A model generated the notes under the pieces. It saw only the letters and a list, made by a program, of their open reading frames with translations, ran no database searches and was not told the DNA's origin. Position numbers and translations under genes: made by a program. Shown piece by piece: positions 26,074-39,794 of a stretch of 64,000 nt of DNA. This DNA comes from Octopus vulgaris (lineage: Eukaryota). The first letter of the stretch is position 1, and every line of letters starts with the position of its first letter. The stretch is from NCBI GenBank assembly GCA_951406725.2, contig OX597833.1:21576001-21640000 (forward strand), in the 5' to 3' direction.

Positions 26074-26724
26074 CAACTGATTCTCAACTTGACCTTTGAA
26101 ATTTTTTGATGGGGTTTAATTCAAATTTTGGGGTTTGGAGAATGGTAGATTTTTTTAAAAGGATTAAAATGTCATCCCTGAAAAACGTCCAAATAAAAAA
26201 AATTGATGAGTAAAATCATTTTTTACTGAACAATTGAACAAATTAAATGGAAATATTTTTTATCTAGGTAATTAAAAAAAAATTATATAAGGAGCTTTTT
26301 TTTTTGTTTATTTAATTGATTTTTTTTCCTCCAAAAACATGAAAATTTTTTTTCGGTAAGATTGGAAGTAAAAATATTTGCGTGTCTCAGATAAATTATA
26401 TGGTAGCTGAGACAGCATTCAACAAATCATTAATAATTTATAAATTTTTTTTTTAATTCAAAGGCAACAAATTAAAATTATTTTTAATCAACATTCCATC
26501 TTTTATCATTTTGAAAGAATGATTTGGGAAAGGTTGTAAAAATAGAAAAACCCAAATAGGTACTTTTTCTTTTTATTTTAAATTTTTTTTCTAACAGAAA
26601 CCGAAATTCTCGGTTGTGAAATTGTGCTTTTTTTAATAAAAAAAAAAGATGAATTTTCATCAAAAAGCATATATGTATGTGTATATATGTACATACACAT
26701 ACATATATGTGTTTATATATATAC

Positions 26725-26771
<47 letters not shown>

Positions 26772-27840
26772 TATATTATATTATATTATATTATATTGAA
26801 CACTTTAAATTTTTTTAAAATATATTTTGGCCTTCTGGAAAACCCTGCACTTTGCAGTTCAAATAAAATCAATTTTGAAAAGCCGTAGCAAAAAAACAAG
26901 TGTGAACAAACAAAAATAAGTCATATAAAAGGGGAAATGAGAAAAGTCTCTTCTTTTGCACCGAAATGGCCCTTAAAAAAAACAATAAAAATAGACAAAT
27001 CAAAAAAATTCCTGCAGAATCCAAATTTTTGTTTCCTTTTTGAAAACAGCTCTTTTGAAGAATTTTAAAAGAAGAAAGAAAGAAAATTGAAATATTTGTA
27101 AATAAAAGTAAAATTTGAAAAAAATACAAATTTATTTAAAAGTTTGACCAAACATTTGAAAGGATGTTAGGAGGTTTGTTTTATAGTTTTATGTATACTT
27201 TTCTGGTATTTTTTAATATTTATCTCAGTGACCAGCTTCCTCCATACAACAAAAATATTTTTTTTAATATTTCAAAAAAAAAAAAGAAAAGAGACTTATA
27301 GTTAAATGTAGGGAAGGAATTTGATTGAAATCATTCAAATATCAAATGATAAATACAATTTAATGAAATTATTTTTAAAATAACTGATAAACCCAGAATT
27401 ATCCATACTTTGTTTTGTATATATGTATGTGTGTGCAAAGAGAGAGAAACACACACACAAACATGAAAGGAAAAGAAAGAGAGAAAAGAAAAAAGAAAAG
27501 GAATAAAAGAAAAATAATAAACATTAGCAAAAGTCAATCAAAGATATTGAGTATTGGAAAACATTTCAAAATATATAATTCTCCAAAGTTTACGGAAAAA
27601 ACAAAAACAAACAAACAAACAAAATAAATAAAACCAAAATTATTCATAGAAAATATATATTTGATGAAAATAGTGAATTCTGAAGTAAAAGCGATATATG
27701 CTTTGTGTTTGAGGAATATGTTGCAACACAAGTCTCAAATTTCTTCACTATTCTGTCATTTATAAATTTATAATAGTGGCAGAACAAATTCTTTTATGTG
27801 AATTTGTCTTCCATTTATCACACAATAAATAAATAAATAG
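26074..27840 (+). other. putative 3'UTR
   Basis: AT-rich, no recognisable SINE or transposon unlike the flanks, AATAAA cluster at about 27824-27837. Confidence 0.35.
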
Positions 27841-27886
<46 letters not shown>

Positions 27887-28623
27887 TACATATATATATA
27901 TGCATATATATATATGTATATAAGTATATATATATGTATATATATATATATATTTATATATATATTTATATATATATATTTATATATATATATATGTTGT
28001 ATGTGCGTTTGTCAGTATATGTGTATGCATATATTTTATTTTTTCCTGTGTATTTCTGTGTCTGCGTATATATGTGTGTGTGCATAAATATATTTACATA
28101 TATATGCTTGTGTGTGTGTGTGCATGTGTATGTATATATATATATATATATATTATATATTACATATATAAATATACATATGTATACACATATATGTACA
28201 TCTGTGCATGTGTGTGTACGAGTCTGTATGCGTGTATATGTGTATTTATTTATGCTTGCATATATATGTATATGTATGTGTTTGTGAGTATGTTTGCATG
28301 CATGTGTGTGGGGGGATGAATGTGTGTGGGGTGTGAATGTGTGGGGCTGGGTGGGTGGTTGTGGGTGTGGATGGAAGCATGTGTGAGTGCATGTGTGTGT
28401 GTGTGTGTACATGTTAATATTTAATAAATTCTAACAAAGAACAATTTCTCACAAGTAATTCTGCAGTCGCAGCATTTCTTATTTTACAAGAAAGAACACT
28501 ACCATCACCATCATCATCATCATCATCATTATGATCATTTCCTTTGATGTTATTATCACCATCTTTGTTATCATTGCCATCACTGCTGTTATACCATTAC
28601 CGTTATGGTTATCATCATTGATG

Positions 28624-28668
<45 letters not shown>

Positions 28669-28792
28669 ACACTCGCATCACCATCAATATCATCATTTGT
28701 TCCTAATTATCATTCATTCATTCATTAATTCATTCATTCATTAATCACCATCAATCATCATCATTATCATCATCATCCTAATAATAATAATA

Positions 28793-29008
28793 ATCTTTTC
28801 TACTATAAGCACAAGGCCTGGAATTTGTGGGGAGGAGCATAGTTGATTTCATCGACCCCAGTACATGACTGCTACTTAATCTATCGACCCTGAGAGGATG
28901 AAAGACAAAGTCGACCTCGGCTGAATTTGAACTCAGAACGAAGCAGCAGACGAAATACTGCTAAGCATTTTGCCCGGCATGCTAACAATTCTGCCAGCTC
29001 ACCAGCTT
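28793..29008 (-). mobile_element. SINE family B
   Basis: Reverse complement of the family B head and core. Confidence 0.85.
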
Positions 29009-29408
29009 CATCATAACATTATTTTCATTCATCATCATCATCATTACCAGTCATCATCATCAATCACTACCACCATCATAGTCATCTATTTGGATGAAGG
29101 CAACTATAAAGTACGTCACATGACCCAACAAACCAACTGCCTACCACCACCACCACCACTACCACCACAGACTTCCACCCCTGTTACTAACCATCAGTAT
29201 ACCACATCTTATTGTATTAAAGGTGTAAGTTAGTCAAATGGACCAAATTTTTGTCTTCTGTTGTTTTTGGGGGTTTTTTTCTGTTTGCTTTTTCTTAGCT
29301 GGCATGGTTGTGTGGTTAAGAAGCTTGCCTTGCAACCATGAGGTTTTGAGTTCAATCCTACTCAAGAGTGAATTTGATTGACAGAAACTGTGTGGGAACT
29401 TGATATCT

Positions 29409-29474
<66 letters not shown>

Positions 29475-30496
29475 ACATGTGTGTGTGCGCATGTGTGCGC
29501 ATGTGTGTGTGTGTGTGTGTGCATATGTAGTATTATGTGTGTATGTAGGGACAGGTGTGGCCATGTAATAAGCTTGCTTCCCAACCACATAGTTCTAGGT
29601 TCTGTCCTTCTGTGTGACACCTTGGGCAAGTATCTTTTACTATCACCTTGGGTCAACCAAAGCCTTGTGAGTAGATTTGGTAGATGGAAACTGAAAGAAA
29701 CCCGTTGTATATATTCGTATGTATTTATGTGTGTATGTATTGGTGTTTGCCCATCCCCCCACCATTACTTGCAACCGATGTTGGTGTCTTTACGTACCCG
29801 TAACTTTGTGGTTCAGCAATAGATACTGATAGAATAAGTACTAGGCTTACAAAGAATAAGTCCTGGGGTAGATTTCTTCAACTAAAACCTCTTTAAGGTG
29901 GTGCTCCAGCATGGCCACACTCAAATGACTGAAACAAGTAAAAGAACAAAAGAATGCGTGTGCATGTATATAACATTATGTATGTAAGTATGTATGTATA
30001 TATGTATGTATATATGTATGTATATATGTATGTATGTATGTGTGTATGTATGTATGTATGTATGTATGTATGTATGTGTGTATGTATGTATGTGTGTGTA
30101 TATGTATGTATGTATGTGTGTGTATATATGTATGTATGTGTGTTTATATATGTATGTATGTGTGTGTATATATGTATGTATGTGTGTGTATATATGTATG
30201 TATGTATGTGTGTGTATATATGTATGTATGTGTATGTATGTGTGTATGTATGTGTGTGCATGTAAGTGCATATGTATGTGTGTATATGTATGTACCATCA
30301 CCACCACCATTTGATAACTAGTGTTAGTTTGTTTACATCCCCATAACTTAGCAGTCCAGCAAAAGAAACCAATAGAATAAGTAGCAAGCTTTAAAACATA
30401 AGTACTAGAGTATTTGTTCGGCTAAACCTTTTAGGGCAATACCCCAGCATGGCCACAGCCCAGTGACTGAAACAAGTAAAGGAGAAAAGATAAAGG

Positions 30497-30902
30497 AGTA
30501 CCCTCAACAAAAAGAGTGGTACCCTCATTGAAAAGAGTAGTACCCTAACTGAAAATAGTAGTACCTCATTAAAAAGAGTAGTACCATTATTGAAAAGTGT
30601 AGTAACCTCATTGAAAAAAGTAGTACCCTAACTGAAAATAGTAGTACCTCATTAAAAAGAGTAGTACCATTATTGAAAAGTGTAGTACCTATTTCTTTAT
30701 TACCCACAAGGGGCTAAACACAGAGGGGACAAACATAGGTATTAAGTCGATTACATCGACCCCAGTGCATAACTGGTACTTAATTTATCGACCCCGAAAG
30801 GATAAAAGGCAAAGTTGACCTAGGCGGAATTTGAACTCACAACGTAACGCAGACGAAATATTGAAAAGTGTAGTACCCTCATTGAAAAGAGTACCCTCAT
30901 TG
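30497..30902. repeat. about 21-bp minisatellite (GTAGTACCCTCATTGAAAAGA) interrupted by a 5'-truncated SINE B (30690-30860, minus)
   Basis: About 10 units; TATTGAAAAGTGTAGTACC flanks the SINE on both sides. Confidence 0.9.
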
Positions 30903-31119
30903 CAGAGTAATTGTAAATCTGTTAAAAAACCTAAACCATGACAGCTGGTTACTCAGTGTGTTACACTGCAGTTACAGACATTGGTTTCAAATTTTGGCAC
31001 AAGGCCGGCAATTTTGGTGGAGGTGACCCTCTGTCCAACTGGTTTTATTGACCCCGAAAGGATGTAAGACAAAGTCAACCTTGGTGGAATTTGAACTCAG
31101 AATATAAAAACGAATGAAA

Positions 31120-32370
31120 TGTCACTGTTACCACCACCCCTGCCACTAATACCATTGCCACCACCACCAATACCACCACCAACACCACCAATGCCACCAC
31201 TACCACCACCAACACCACGTCCACCAGTACTGTCACCACCACCACCAATGCCACAACCACCACTACCACCACCACCATCACCACCAACACCACCAACACC
31301 ATGCCCACCAATACCACCACCATCACCACTACCACCAAAACCAGCACAACGTCCACCAATACCACCACCACTACCACCAATACCATCTCCACCACCACCA
31401 ATATCAATACCACTGCCAATATGATTTCTACTGTCAAATCATAACCGTTTCCATCCCCAACCCCATCACTATCACACCTCTACATCACCACCACCACCAC
31501 CACCACCACCATCGTCATTAGTGCACCACCACAGCCACCACTACTAATAGTACTGGTGCCAGGCGTTTGGAGCAGACATTGGTACTGAACAAACACAGAT
31601 TAAGACTATTGATGGTGGTCAGATCTCTGGAGAAGAATGAGCAAGGAGGAGGAGGAGGAGGAAGGAGAAGAGGAAGGAGAAGAGGAGGACGAGGAGGAGC
31701 AGGAGCAGGACAAGGAGGAAGAGAAGAAGAAAAAGAAGTTGGATATGGTAGTGTGGGTGAGCAGTTGTGGTGGTAGTGGTAGTAGCAATCGTGGTAATGG
31801 TGGTGACAGCAGCAGTAGTGGTGGTGGTGGTGGTGGAAGTGATAGTAGTGGTGATGGTCATGGTGGTGGTGGTGGTGGTGGAAGTGATAGTAGTGGTGAT
31901 GGTCATGGTGGTGGTGTGGTGGTGGTGGTGGTGGTGGTGGAAGTGATAGTAGTGGTGATGGTCATGGTGGTGGTGGTGGTGGTGGTGGTGGAAGTGATAG
32001 TAGTGGTGATGGTCATGGTGGTGGTGGTGGTGGTGGTGGTGGAAGTGATAGTAGCAGTGATGGTCATGGTGGTGGTGGTGGTGGTGGTGGTGGTGTGTGG
32101 TGGTGGTGGTGGTGGTTGGTGGTGGTGGTGGTGGTGGAAGTGATAGTAGTGGTGATGGTCATGGTGGTGGTGGTGTGGTGGTGGTGATAATGATAGCGGT
32201 GGTGGCAGTGGTAGTGGTGGTGGGGAGGATGAAGTTGTTTAGCAGTGGTGTTTATCAATAATAAACCAGGTTACCTCAGTAGCTTTTGTCATCAATGGTG
32301 GTGGGGTAGGTGTGATGGCGGCGGCGGTGGTAGTGATGGTGGTGGCACTGGTGGTTGGCAGTGGTGTGTT
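31120..32370. repeat. (ACC)n then (GGA)n/(GGT)n tracts with higher-order unit GAAGTGATAGTAGTGGTGATGGTCAT(GGT)n
   Basis: Direct inspection. Confidence 0.9.
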
Positions 32371-32805
32371 AAATATTAAAAGTCTCTATACTGAATGAAG
32401 TAGATAGTGTCCATTGATTGGCAGAAACGGTTGGTTGGTCGGTCAGTCGGTCGGTGAGCAAAGCCAATGGTTGTCAGGGTAAACAAAAACCGGTTGCTAG
32501 GCCAGTAAATAATGCATTCATTGATACCAGATTATACAATTGATAATTTACTGATGAATGAAGCCTGTTGTTGTTTTATAGTGAGAAGATATACTGGCTT
32601 TTGTAGGCGGAGGCTCAGGAGAGAAATGTGTGTGTGTGTGTGGGCATGCATATATGTGTGGATGGTGTGGGTGTATTAGGTGCAGGCATGGCTCTGTGGT
32701 AGGAAGTGTGCTTCTCAAGCACATGCTCCTGGGTTCAGTCCACTGTGTGGCACCTTGGAACAAGGGTCTTCTACAATCCACTCACAAGGCTTCGGTTGGC
32801 CTGAA

Positions 32806-32858
<53 letters not shown>

Positions 32859-32921
32859 GTAATATAATATGTGACAATTAGTCAGTTGCCATAATGTGTG
32901 TGTGTGTATATATATATATGG

Positions 32922-33110
32922 GGAGAATTCACAAAAAAACAAAAAACAAAGACAGGTGGCATAGAAAACAAACAGATGTATTAGTATAACGCTTGGGAAT
33001 TGAAAAAGTCTTTTACATTTCGAGCCTACGCTCTTCTACAGAAAGGGACACAGAAAGAAACAAGGAGAGAAAAACAAAATGTGTGTAGTGGCTACCGGTC
33101 TATCATGGCA
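32922..33110 (-). mobile_element. Penelope-like tail with variant hammerhead motif at 33010-33045
   Basis: Minus: CTTT-CTGTAGA-A-GAGC GTAG GCTC-GAAA-TG-TA-AAAG, stems I and II paired; flanked by (TA)n. Confidence 0.7.
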
Positions 33111-33213
33111 ATATATATATATATATATAAATTTTATTTTGTAATGAGAAAAAAAACCAAGGCTGTGTAGATTTTAAAACATGTATGTGTGTGAGTGTGT
33201 GTGTGTGTGTGTG

Positions 33214-33898
33214 ATCATCATCATCATCATCATCATTTAACATCCATTGTCCATGCTAGCATGGCTTGGGTAGTTTTACTAGGACTGGTAAGTTGAGGGG
33301 CTGCACCAGACTCCAGTCTGATCTCACATGGTTTTCTACAGTTGGGTGCCCTTCCTGAAGCCAACCACTCCGATAATGTAATGGGTGCTTTTACGTGCCA
33401 CCAGCATGGGTGCCACTTGCATGACACCAGTATCTGCCATGACTACGATTTCACTTGGCTTGATGAGTCTCCTTCTCAAGCATGGCACATCGCCAAGGGT
33501 CTTGGTCATTTGTCATAGCCTCTGTGAGGGCCAACACCCAAAAAGTGCTTTTTACGTGCCACCAGCACAAGTGCTAGTTACATGAGGCCAGCATTGGCCA
33601 CATTACCTCCATGAGGCCCAACGCTCAAATGGTACATAACTGATGCCAGTTATGTGACACCAGCATCAGCCTTGACTACAAATGACTAATGATCAAGCGT
33701 GTTGGCATATCGCCAAAGCTCTTGGTCACTAGTCATTGCCTCCATGAGGTCCAACGTTTGAAGATCATGCTACACCATCTCATCCCATGTCTTCCTAGGT
33801 CTACCTCTACCACAGTTCCCCTCCACAGTTAGAGATCGGAACTTCTTTACGCAGCTGTCCTCATCCATATGCATCACATGACCATACCTGCACAGTCA
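33214..33898 (-). mobile_element. RTE-clade LINE 3' end with long 3'UTR and (GAT)n tail
   Basis: Minus: RLCRYGHVMHMDEDSCVKK..GRGRPRKTWDE..DQELWRYA; UTR motif GGAAGGGCA(T/C)CC. Confidence 0.85.
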
Positions 33899-34099
33899 TA
33901 TATGTCTGTATATATAGGTCTCAGTTATGCGAGCAGAGTCCTTTGTTTCCAGTCTTCCACAAAAACATGTCTGGTCGTAGGGACTGTCATGTTACTTGGA
34001 AACAGGTGAGGGTTGGTGACAGGAAGGGCATCCAGCTTTAGAAAAATGCACCTCAACGAAATTCTGTCCAACTCATGTGACCATAGAAAAGCAGACTTT

Positions 34100-34107
34100 A
34101 TATGATG

Positions 34108-34141
<34 letters not shown>

Positions 34142-34565
34142 CGATGTTGATGATGATGATGTGGGGGACGAGGAAGAGGTGGAGGATGACGACGGCAACG
34201 ATGACAATGATGATGACAATGACAGTAATAAGGAGGAGGAGGATAACGATGACAATGACAGTGATGATGCTGATGCTGATGCTGATGCTGATGAGGATGA
34301 CAACAATGGCGACAATAGTGATGACAAGGAGGAGAAGGAGGCGGAGGAGTAGAAAGGAGGAGGTTGACGATGAAGTTGACGATGTTGATGATGTTGATTA
34401 CAATGATAACGATTATGACAATGATACTGATGATGATGATGATGATGGTGTGGAGGGTGATGATGATGATGAGGAGGAGGAGGAGGATGGCAACGACGAC
34501 GATGACAATGACAACAAAAATGTCGATGACCATGTGACCATGATAATAATCATCATCATCATCAT
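34100..34565. repeat. degenerate (GAT)n/(GAG)n tract
   Basis: Direct inspection. Confidence 0.9.
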
Positions 34566-35254
34566 GTGCTTATGTGTATATGTGGGTATATATTAGTAAA
34601 TCTGTATTTGTCAATCAATGAGCCTGCACGGGTGATGGTAGTGTGTGTGTTTGTGTGTGTATGGTTGTACGTCTGCCCATCAATAGATTTGTACGTACAA
34701 TACATAAGTCTCTGCGTGCATACATGTTTTGTTTTCTGTGTGTCCACACATATTTATAGTGTGTATGTGCATGTGTACAATATGTGTACATTTGTAGTTA
34801 TGTATGTAGCTATTATTCATGTATTAGTATATGTGCGTATGTTGTGGTTTGTATATTTGTGAATTTCCTTTTGTCAATTTATGTTCAAGTATGTGTGATG
34901 TTTGTGTTGGTGTATGTGTGTGTGTTTATACATATATATTGGCTATAATCATATATGTGTGTGTATGTAAGTTTCTTTGTGTATGTGTGTGTATATGTGC
35001 ATATATTCTATATGTTTGGGTATATATTCTTTGTGTGTGTGTGTGTATGTGTGTGCATATATTTAGCATATGGTTTATACATCAGAGACAGGTATTCTCT
35101 GTACAGAATATGCTTCATAGTGCTCAAGGGGTTTAAACTTGAGCAGGTAGTGGAGTAAACGGAAGGACAAACACTTTAGGCAAGTCGATATACAAAAAAT
35201 ATTAACTATGTTTAATACAAAAATGTACACCTTAGGCAAGTGTCTTCTACTATA

Positions 35255-35485
35255 TTTCTTTCTTGCCCACAAGGGGCTAAACACAGAGGAGACAAACAAG
35301 GACAGACAAACGGATCAAGTCAATTATATCGACCCCAGTGCGTAACTGGTACTTATTTAATCAACACCGAAATGATGAAAGGCAAAGTCGACCTCGGTGG
35401 AATTTGAACTCAGAACGTAGCGGCAGACGAAATACCACTAAGCATTTTGCCCGGTGTGCTAATGTTTCTGCAAGCTTGCCACCTT
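35255..35485 (-). mobile_element. SINE B inserted into SINE A (about 35228-35790) with 16-bp TSD
   Basis: AGTGTCTTCTACTATA at about 35239-35254 and 35486-35501. Confidence 0.9.
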
Positions 35486-36364
35486 AGTGTCTTCTACTAT
35501 AGCCTCAGGCCGACGAAAGAGTGGATTTGGTAGACGGAAACTGAAAGAAGCCTGTCGTATATATATGTGTGTGAGTGTGTGTACTATTTATGTGTGTCTG
35601 TATTTGTCCCCCCGCCATTGCTTGACAATCAATGCTGGTGTGTTTATGTCCCTGTAACTTAGTGGTTCGGCAAAATAAACCGATAGAATAAGTACTAGGC
35701 TTACAAAGAATAAGTCCTGGGGTCGATTTGCTCGACTAAAGGCAGTGCTCCAGCATGGCTGCAGTCAAATGACTGAAACAAGTAAAAGAGAGTAATGCTT
35801 AATGCTTTAGCTAAGTTACTTTTGTAATGTTTTGTAATGTTCTGCTTGATTGCTTTAAATATTAATTTCAAATTTCGGCACAAGGCCAGCAATTCCAGGG
35901 AAGGGGACTAATTCGATTACATTGATCCCAGTGCTCAAATGGTGTTTGTTTTATCAACCTCAAAAGGTTGAAAGGCAAAGTCAATCATCAACACCACCTC
36001 AGATATTGATTTCAAATTTTGGTGCTGGACAAGCAGTTTCGTTGGGGTAGGGACACTCAGTTACATCGACCCCAGTGCACAATTGGTTATTTTATTGCTC
36101 CCCTGAAAGGATAAATGACAAAGCCAACCTTGGCAGAATTTGAACTCAGAACACAAAGACAGACAAAATGTCGCTAAGCATTTTGCCTACAGAGATAACA
36201 ATTCAACCTGCTCGCTGCCCTAGATTGCATTAAATATTGTATGTTTTAATGCAATAAAACTTCTTTTCTTTTTTCCTGAATATGTACTGGTGAGGATGGT
36301 GTGCATCCAGTGCGATGATGGTGTGTGCATCCTATGCATCTTTTATGCTATCATACACAGTACT

Positions 36365-36571
36365 TCTACTCTTTTACTTGTTTCAGTCATTTGACTGTGG
36401 CCATGCTGGAGCACCATCTTTAGTCAAGCAAATCGACCCCGGTGCTTATTCTTTGTAAGCCTAGTACTTATTCTATCGGTCTCTTTTGCCAAACTGCTAA
36501 GTTATGGAGACGTAAACACACCAGCATTGGTTGTCAAGTGATGTTGGGGGGGTACAAACACAGACACACAA

Positions 36572-36620
<49 letters not shown>

Positions 36621-36797
36621 TATATATATACACATATATGACGGGCTTCTTTCAGTTTCTGTCTACCAAATCTACTCACAAGGTTTTGGCCGGCCCAAGG
36701 CTAGAGTAGAAGACATTTGCCCGAGGTGCCACGTAGTGGGACTGAACCCAGAACCATGTGGTTGGTAAGCAAGCTACTTACCACACAGCCACTCCTG
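36365..36797 (-). mobile_element. full-length SINE family A
   Basis: Reverse complement of 20707-21132. Confidence 0.92.
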
Positions 36798-37332
36798 AGA
36801 AAATCCTAACCGGTACAAATGATGTTTTTTAGATAGCATATCTGGGCCGAATGTGGCTGGTTTAAACGCTGAAGGGATAAAGTGTTTTTTCGTATATATC
36901 TAGGTTGGTGCTGTTGCTATATACACATATTGATATTTTTTGGTGACATCAGAGTACTATTCATGTATCTAGTTCACTATTGTTGATACGTGCCCGCACA
37001 CACACACACAGACACAGACACATACCCATACGGACACAGACACACAGACACACACACACACACACATATATATGTATACAGACATAGACACACACACATA
37101 CGCACATACGGACACAGACACACATGCACACACACACATATATGTGCACAGACATAGACACACACACATATGGACACAGACACACACACACATATGTACA
37201 CAGACATAGACACACACACATACACACACATTACATACACACACATACATGCGCGTGCACACACACACACACGTGCACAATCAACCAAGACAATATTAGA
37301 AAACATTTCCCATATCTAGGTTACGGATGTTG

Positions 37333-37367
<35 letters not shown>

Positions 37368-37720
37368 CACACACACATGCATACACATATGCATACAGGC
37401 ACTCATACGCATACACACACATGCACTTACACACACACACACACAGACACAAACATCCTTGACCACATTAGAGTGCTGTTCAGACATCTAGTTCAATGCT
37501 GTTACTATGCAAACACACACATACACACAAACATCAGGTAGTTAATTGATCGAGTAATTAGAGTACTAGATAGAAATATTTCATAGTGTCTATTCCAACC
37601 CACTGCACTCTGGGTTCAAATCCTGCCAAAGTCAGTTTACAACATTTTTTTTTAATGGGGGATGAGGTGTGTTAATAAAAATGTGCCACACCTGGGTGAC
37701 AGATTTTTAAGAGATTGGGT

Positions 37721-38106
37721 GAGAAATCTTGCAATATCCATTCCAGCTCTGCATTTTGGCAGTAATATCTACAACTGTGAAAGGTAAACTGCAGCCCATG
37801 GGGGCTTTCTGAATGGCACACCTAACAAAAAAATGTGACCTTGAATTTTTTTTTAGTGGTGTGATCCACATGAGGACAAACCATATCTCATATGGCCCAT
37901 TTTCTGCAAAAGGTTGGCTATGAGAGATCTTGCAATCTCTGTTTTGCGTTTTGGCAGTAATGTCTACGACAGTGAAAGGTAAACTGCAGGCCATGGGAGC
38001 TTTCTGAATGGCACACCTAACAAAAAAAAGTGACCTTGATTTTTTTTTAGTTGTGCAGCCCACCTGATGATCAGCCATGTCTCATGCGGCCCATTTCTTG
38101 CAAAAG
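37721..38106. repeat. tandem duplication of an about 195-bp non-microsatellite unit
   Basis: Shared TTTTGGCAGTAAT..GTGAAAGGTAAACTGCAG..GCTTTCTGAATGGCACACCTAACAAAAAA..GGCCCATTT..TGCAAAAG. Confidence 0.9.
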
Positions 38107-38367
38107 AATGTTTATGCCAAGTCTACAACCCTGGTGCCAAACTACGTATGTACATGTGTCTTTATATTTGTCCCCCACTACACCTTGCCAACTGGGGTTG
38201 GTTTGGCTATGTCCCTCTAACTTAGCGGGTCAATAAAAGAGGCCAATAGTGTAAGTACTATATTTTAAAATCAGTACAGGGTTTGATTTGTTCAACTAAA
38301 ACCCTTAAAGGCAATACCCAGCTGCAGTCCAATGACTGAAACAAATAAAAGATGAAAAAATATAAAA

Positions 38368-38640
38368 GTTCTGTTGTGTCTAGGGAGAGTCATTTTCTTT
38401 TTGTGCCTTATTATTTAACACACTCACTGGTAAAATTTCCACTTATTTCTTATTTTTATTTTCCTAAAATTTTTGTTGCATCTTGCAACCTTTTCAGTGG
38501 TCAAGACTATTGAAAAGGCTGCAAGACGCAACAAAAAGTTTAGGAAAATAAAAATAAGAAATAAGTGGAAATTTTACTGGTGAGTTTGTTAAATCATAAA
38601 ACACAAAAAGAAAATGACTCTCCCCAGACACAACAGAATA
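38368..38640. mobile_element. about 270-bp foldback MITE
   Basis: Arms of about 130 bp, TTCTGTTGTGTCT.GGGAGAGTCATTTTCTTTTTGTG.. mirrored, tiny loop near 38500. Confidence 0.9.
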
Positions 38641-39502
38641 TGCTTCAGCACACGAACTCACATAAAAAATTTTACAAACCAAATCAAAAAACGAAATATA
38701 AAAGTTGCTGTCTTAAAAAAGAATTCTTTGAGTAACGTAGTATGACATGATGGTCATGCCTAGAATGCAGTTAGTATTGTAGTTAACTTGATAAAAATTT
38801 ACTTGGGGCTAAACAACAACCCACAACCACTTCAAAATATATATATTAGCCACAGAGGTAGTATTAATACAGAGAAGTGGTATCTATCCCAACTTAAACG
38901 TGGATGTTCTGTTAGAACAAACTATACTGTGGTAGATACCACGAGAGAAACTCTCATATTGGCTCTTGGTGGAAAATGCATGCTTGTTTATATTGCTAGT
39001 GGAGAAATAAATTGACCTTTCTTCATCTTGTCAATGATGGATGCTCAACTGCTAGAGTCAACAGCAACTCATCTCCTCACCAGCAATATGTAGAGTAACA
39101 GGGTCAGAACAGGTGCTAGTGTCATGCAATTAACCAGTGAACTTGTGAAAAAATATATATTAGTGACAGAGTTTGCACTCAGCCAACAAGAAAACAAACA
39201 CACAATGCTGTTCACACCTCAGCAACACAGAGGTGTAGCAGATGATGCAGTAGAAATCTACCTTGAAGTATCAAATGTCAAATAATAATAATAATAATAA
39301 TAATAAATGCCCTGATGCAGTACCAGGCACTGGCTCTCATGGCTATATAATCTTAACAAAATTTAAGTAGACTGACATATAATTTTTGTACCTGTGGAAG
39401 GTATACTAGATGCCGAAATATCATTCAACCAATTTCACATAACTATGGCGCCCTTCTATTTTTTATTTCATAATAATAATAATAATAATAATAATGATAA
39501 TA

Positions 39503-39537
<35 letters not shown>

Positions 39538-39599
39538 AATGATTTAAATCATGAAAATTTTTAAACTTTGGGAGAACATGAAATCATTTTTCTTTCTTT

Positions 39600-39794
39600 T
39601 TAACTGTAGAACTTGAAGCACATAATGCTATAAACAATAGTATGTAAATACTGGATTTAAAAACACTTTTGAATGAAAAAACAAGAATTGAAGGCTACCT
39701 TTGACTTTCTCTATCCAAAAAAAAGGGGTTTTTTTCAACTCAATATTTACATGTTACTGTCTATAGCATTATGTGCTTCGAGCACTATAGTTAA
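39600..39794. mobile_element. MITE-like inverted repeat, about 65-bp arms
   Basis: TTAACTGTAGAACTTGAAGCACATAATGCTATA.. / ..TATAGCATTATGTGCTTCGAGCACTATAGTTAA. Confidence 0.8.

Noticed and set aside
30497-30902. Regularly spaced short repeats resembling a CRISPR array
   Set aside because: Units are contiguous with no unique spacers, there are no cas genes, and the context is eukaryotic.
34077-34352. Acidic D/E-rich protein
   Set aside because: (GAT)n tail expansion adjoining a repeat, with no splice signals or unique coding context.
38870-39260. Possible decayed Tc1-like transposase fragment (EFALSQQENKH) with GTGGTATCTA/TAGATACCAC inverted repeat
   Set aside because: Too degenerate; no catalytic motif or TIR pair could be confirmed.
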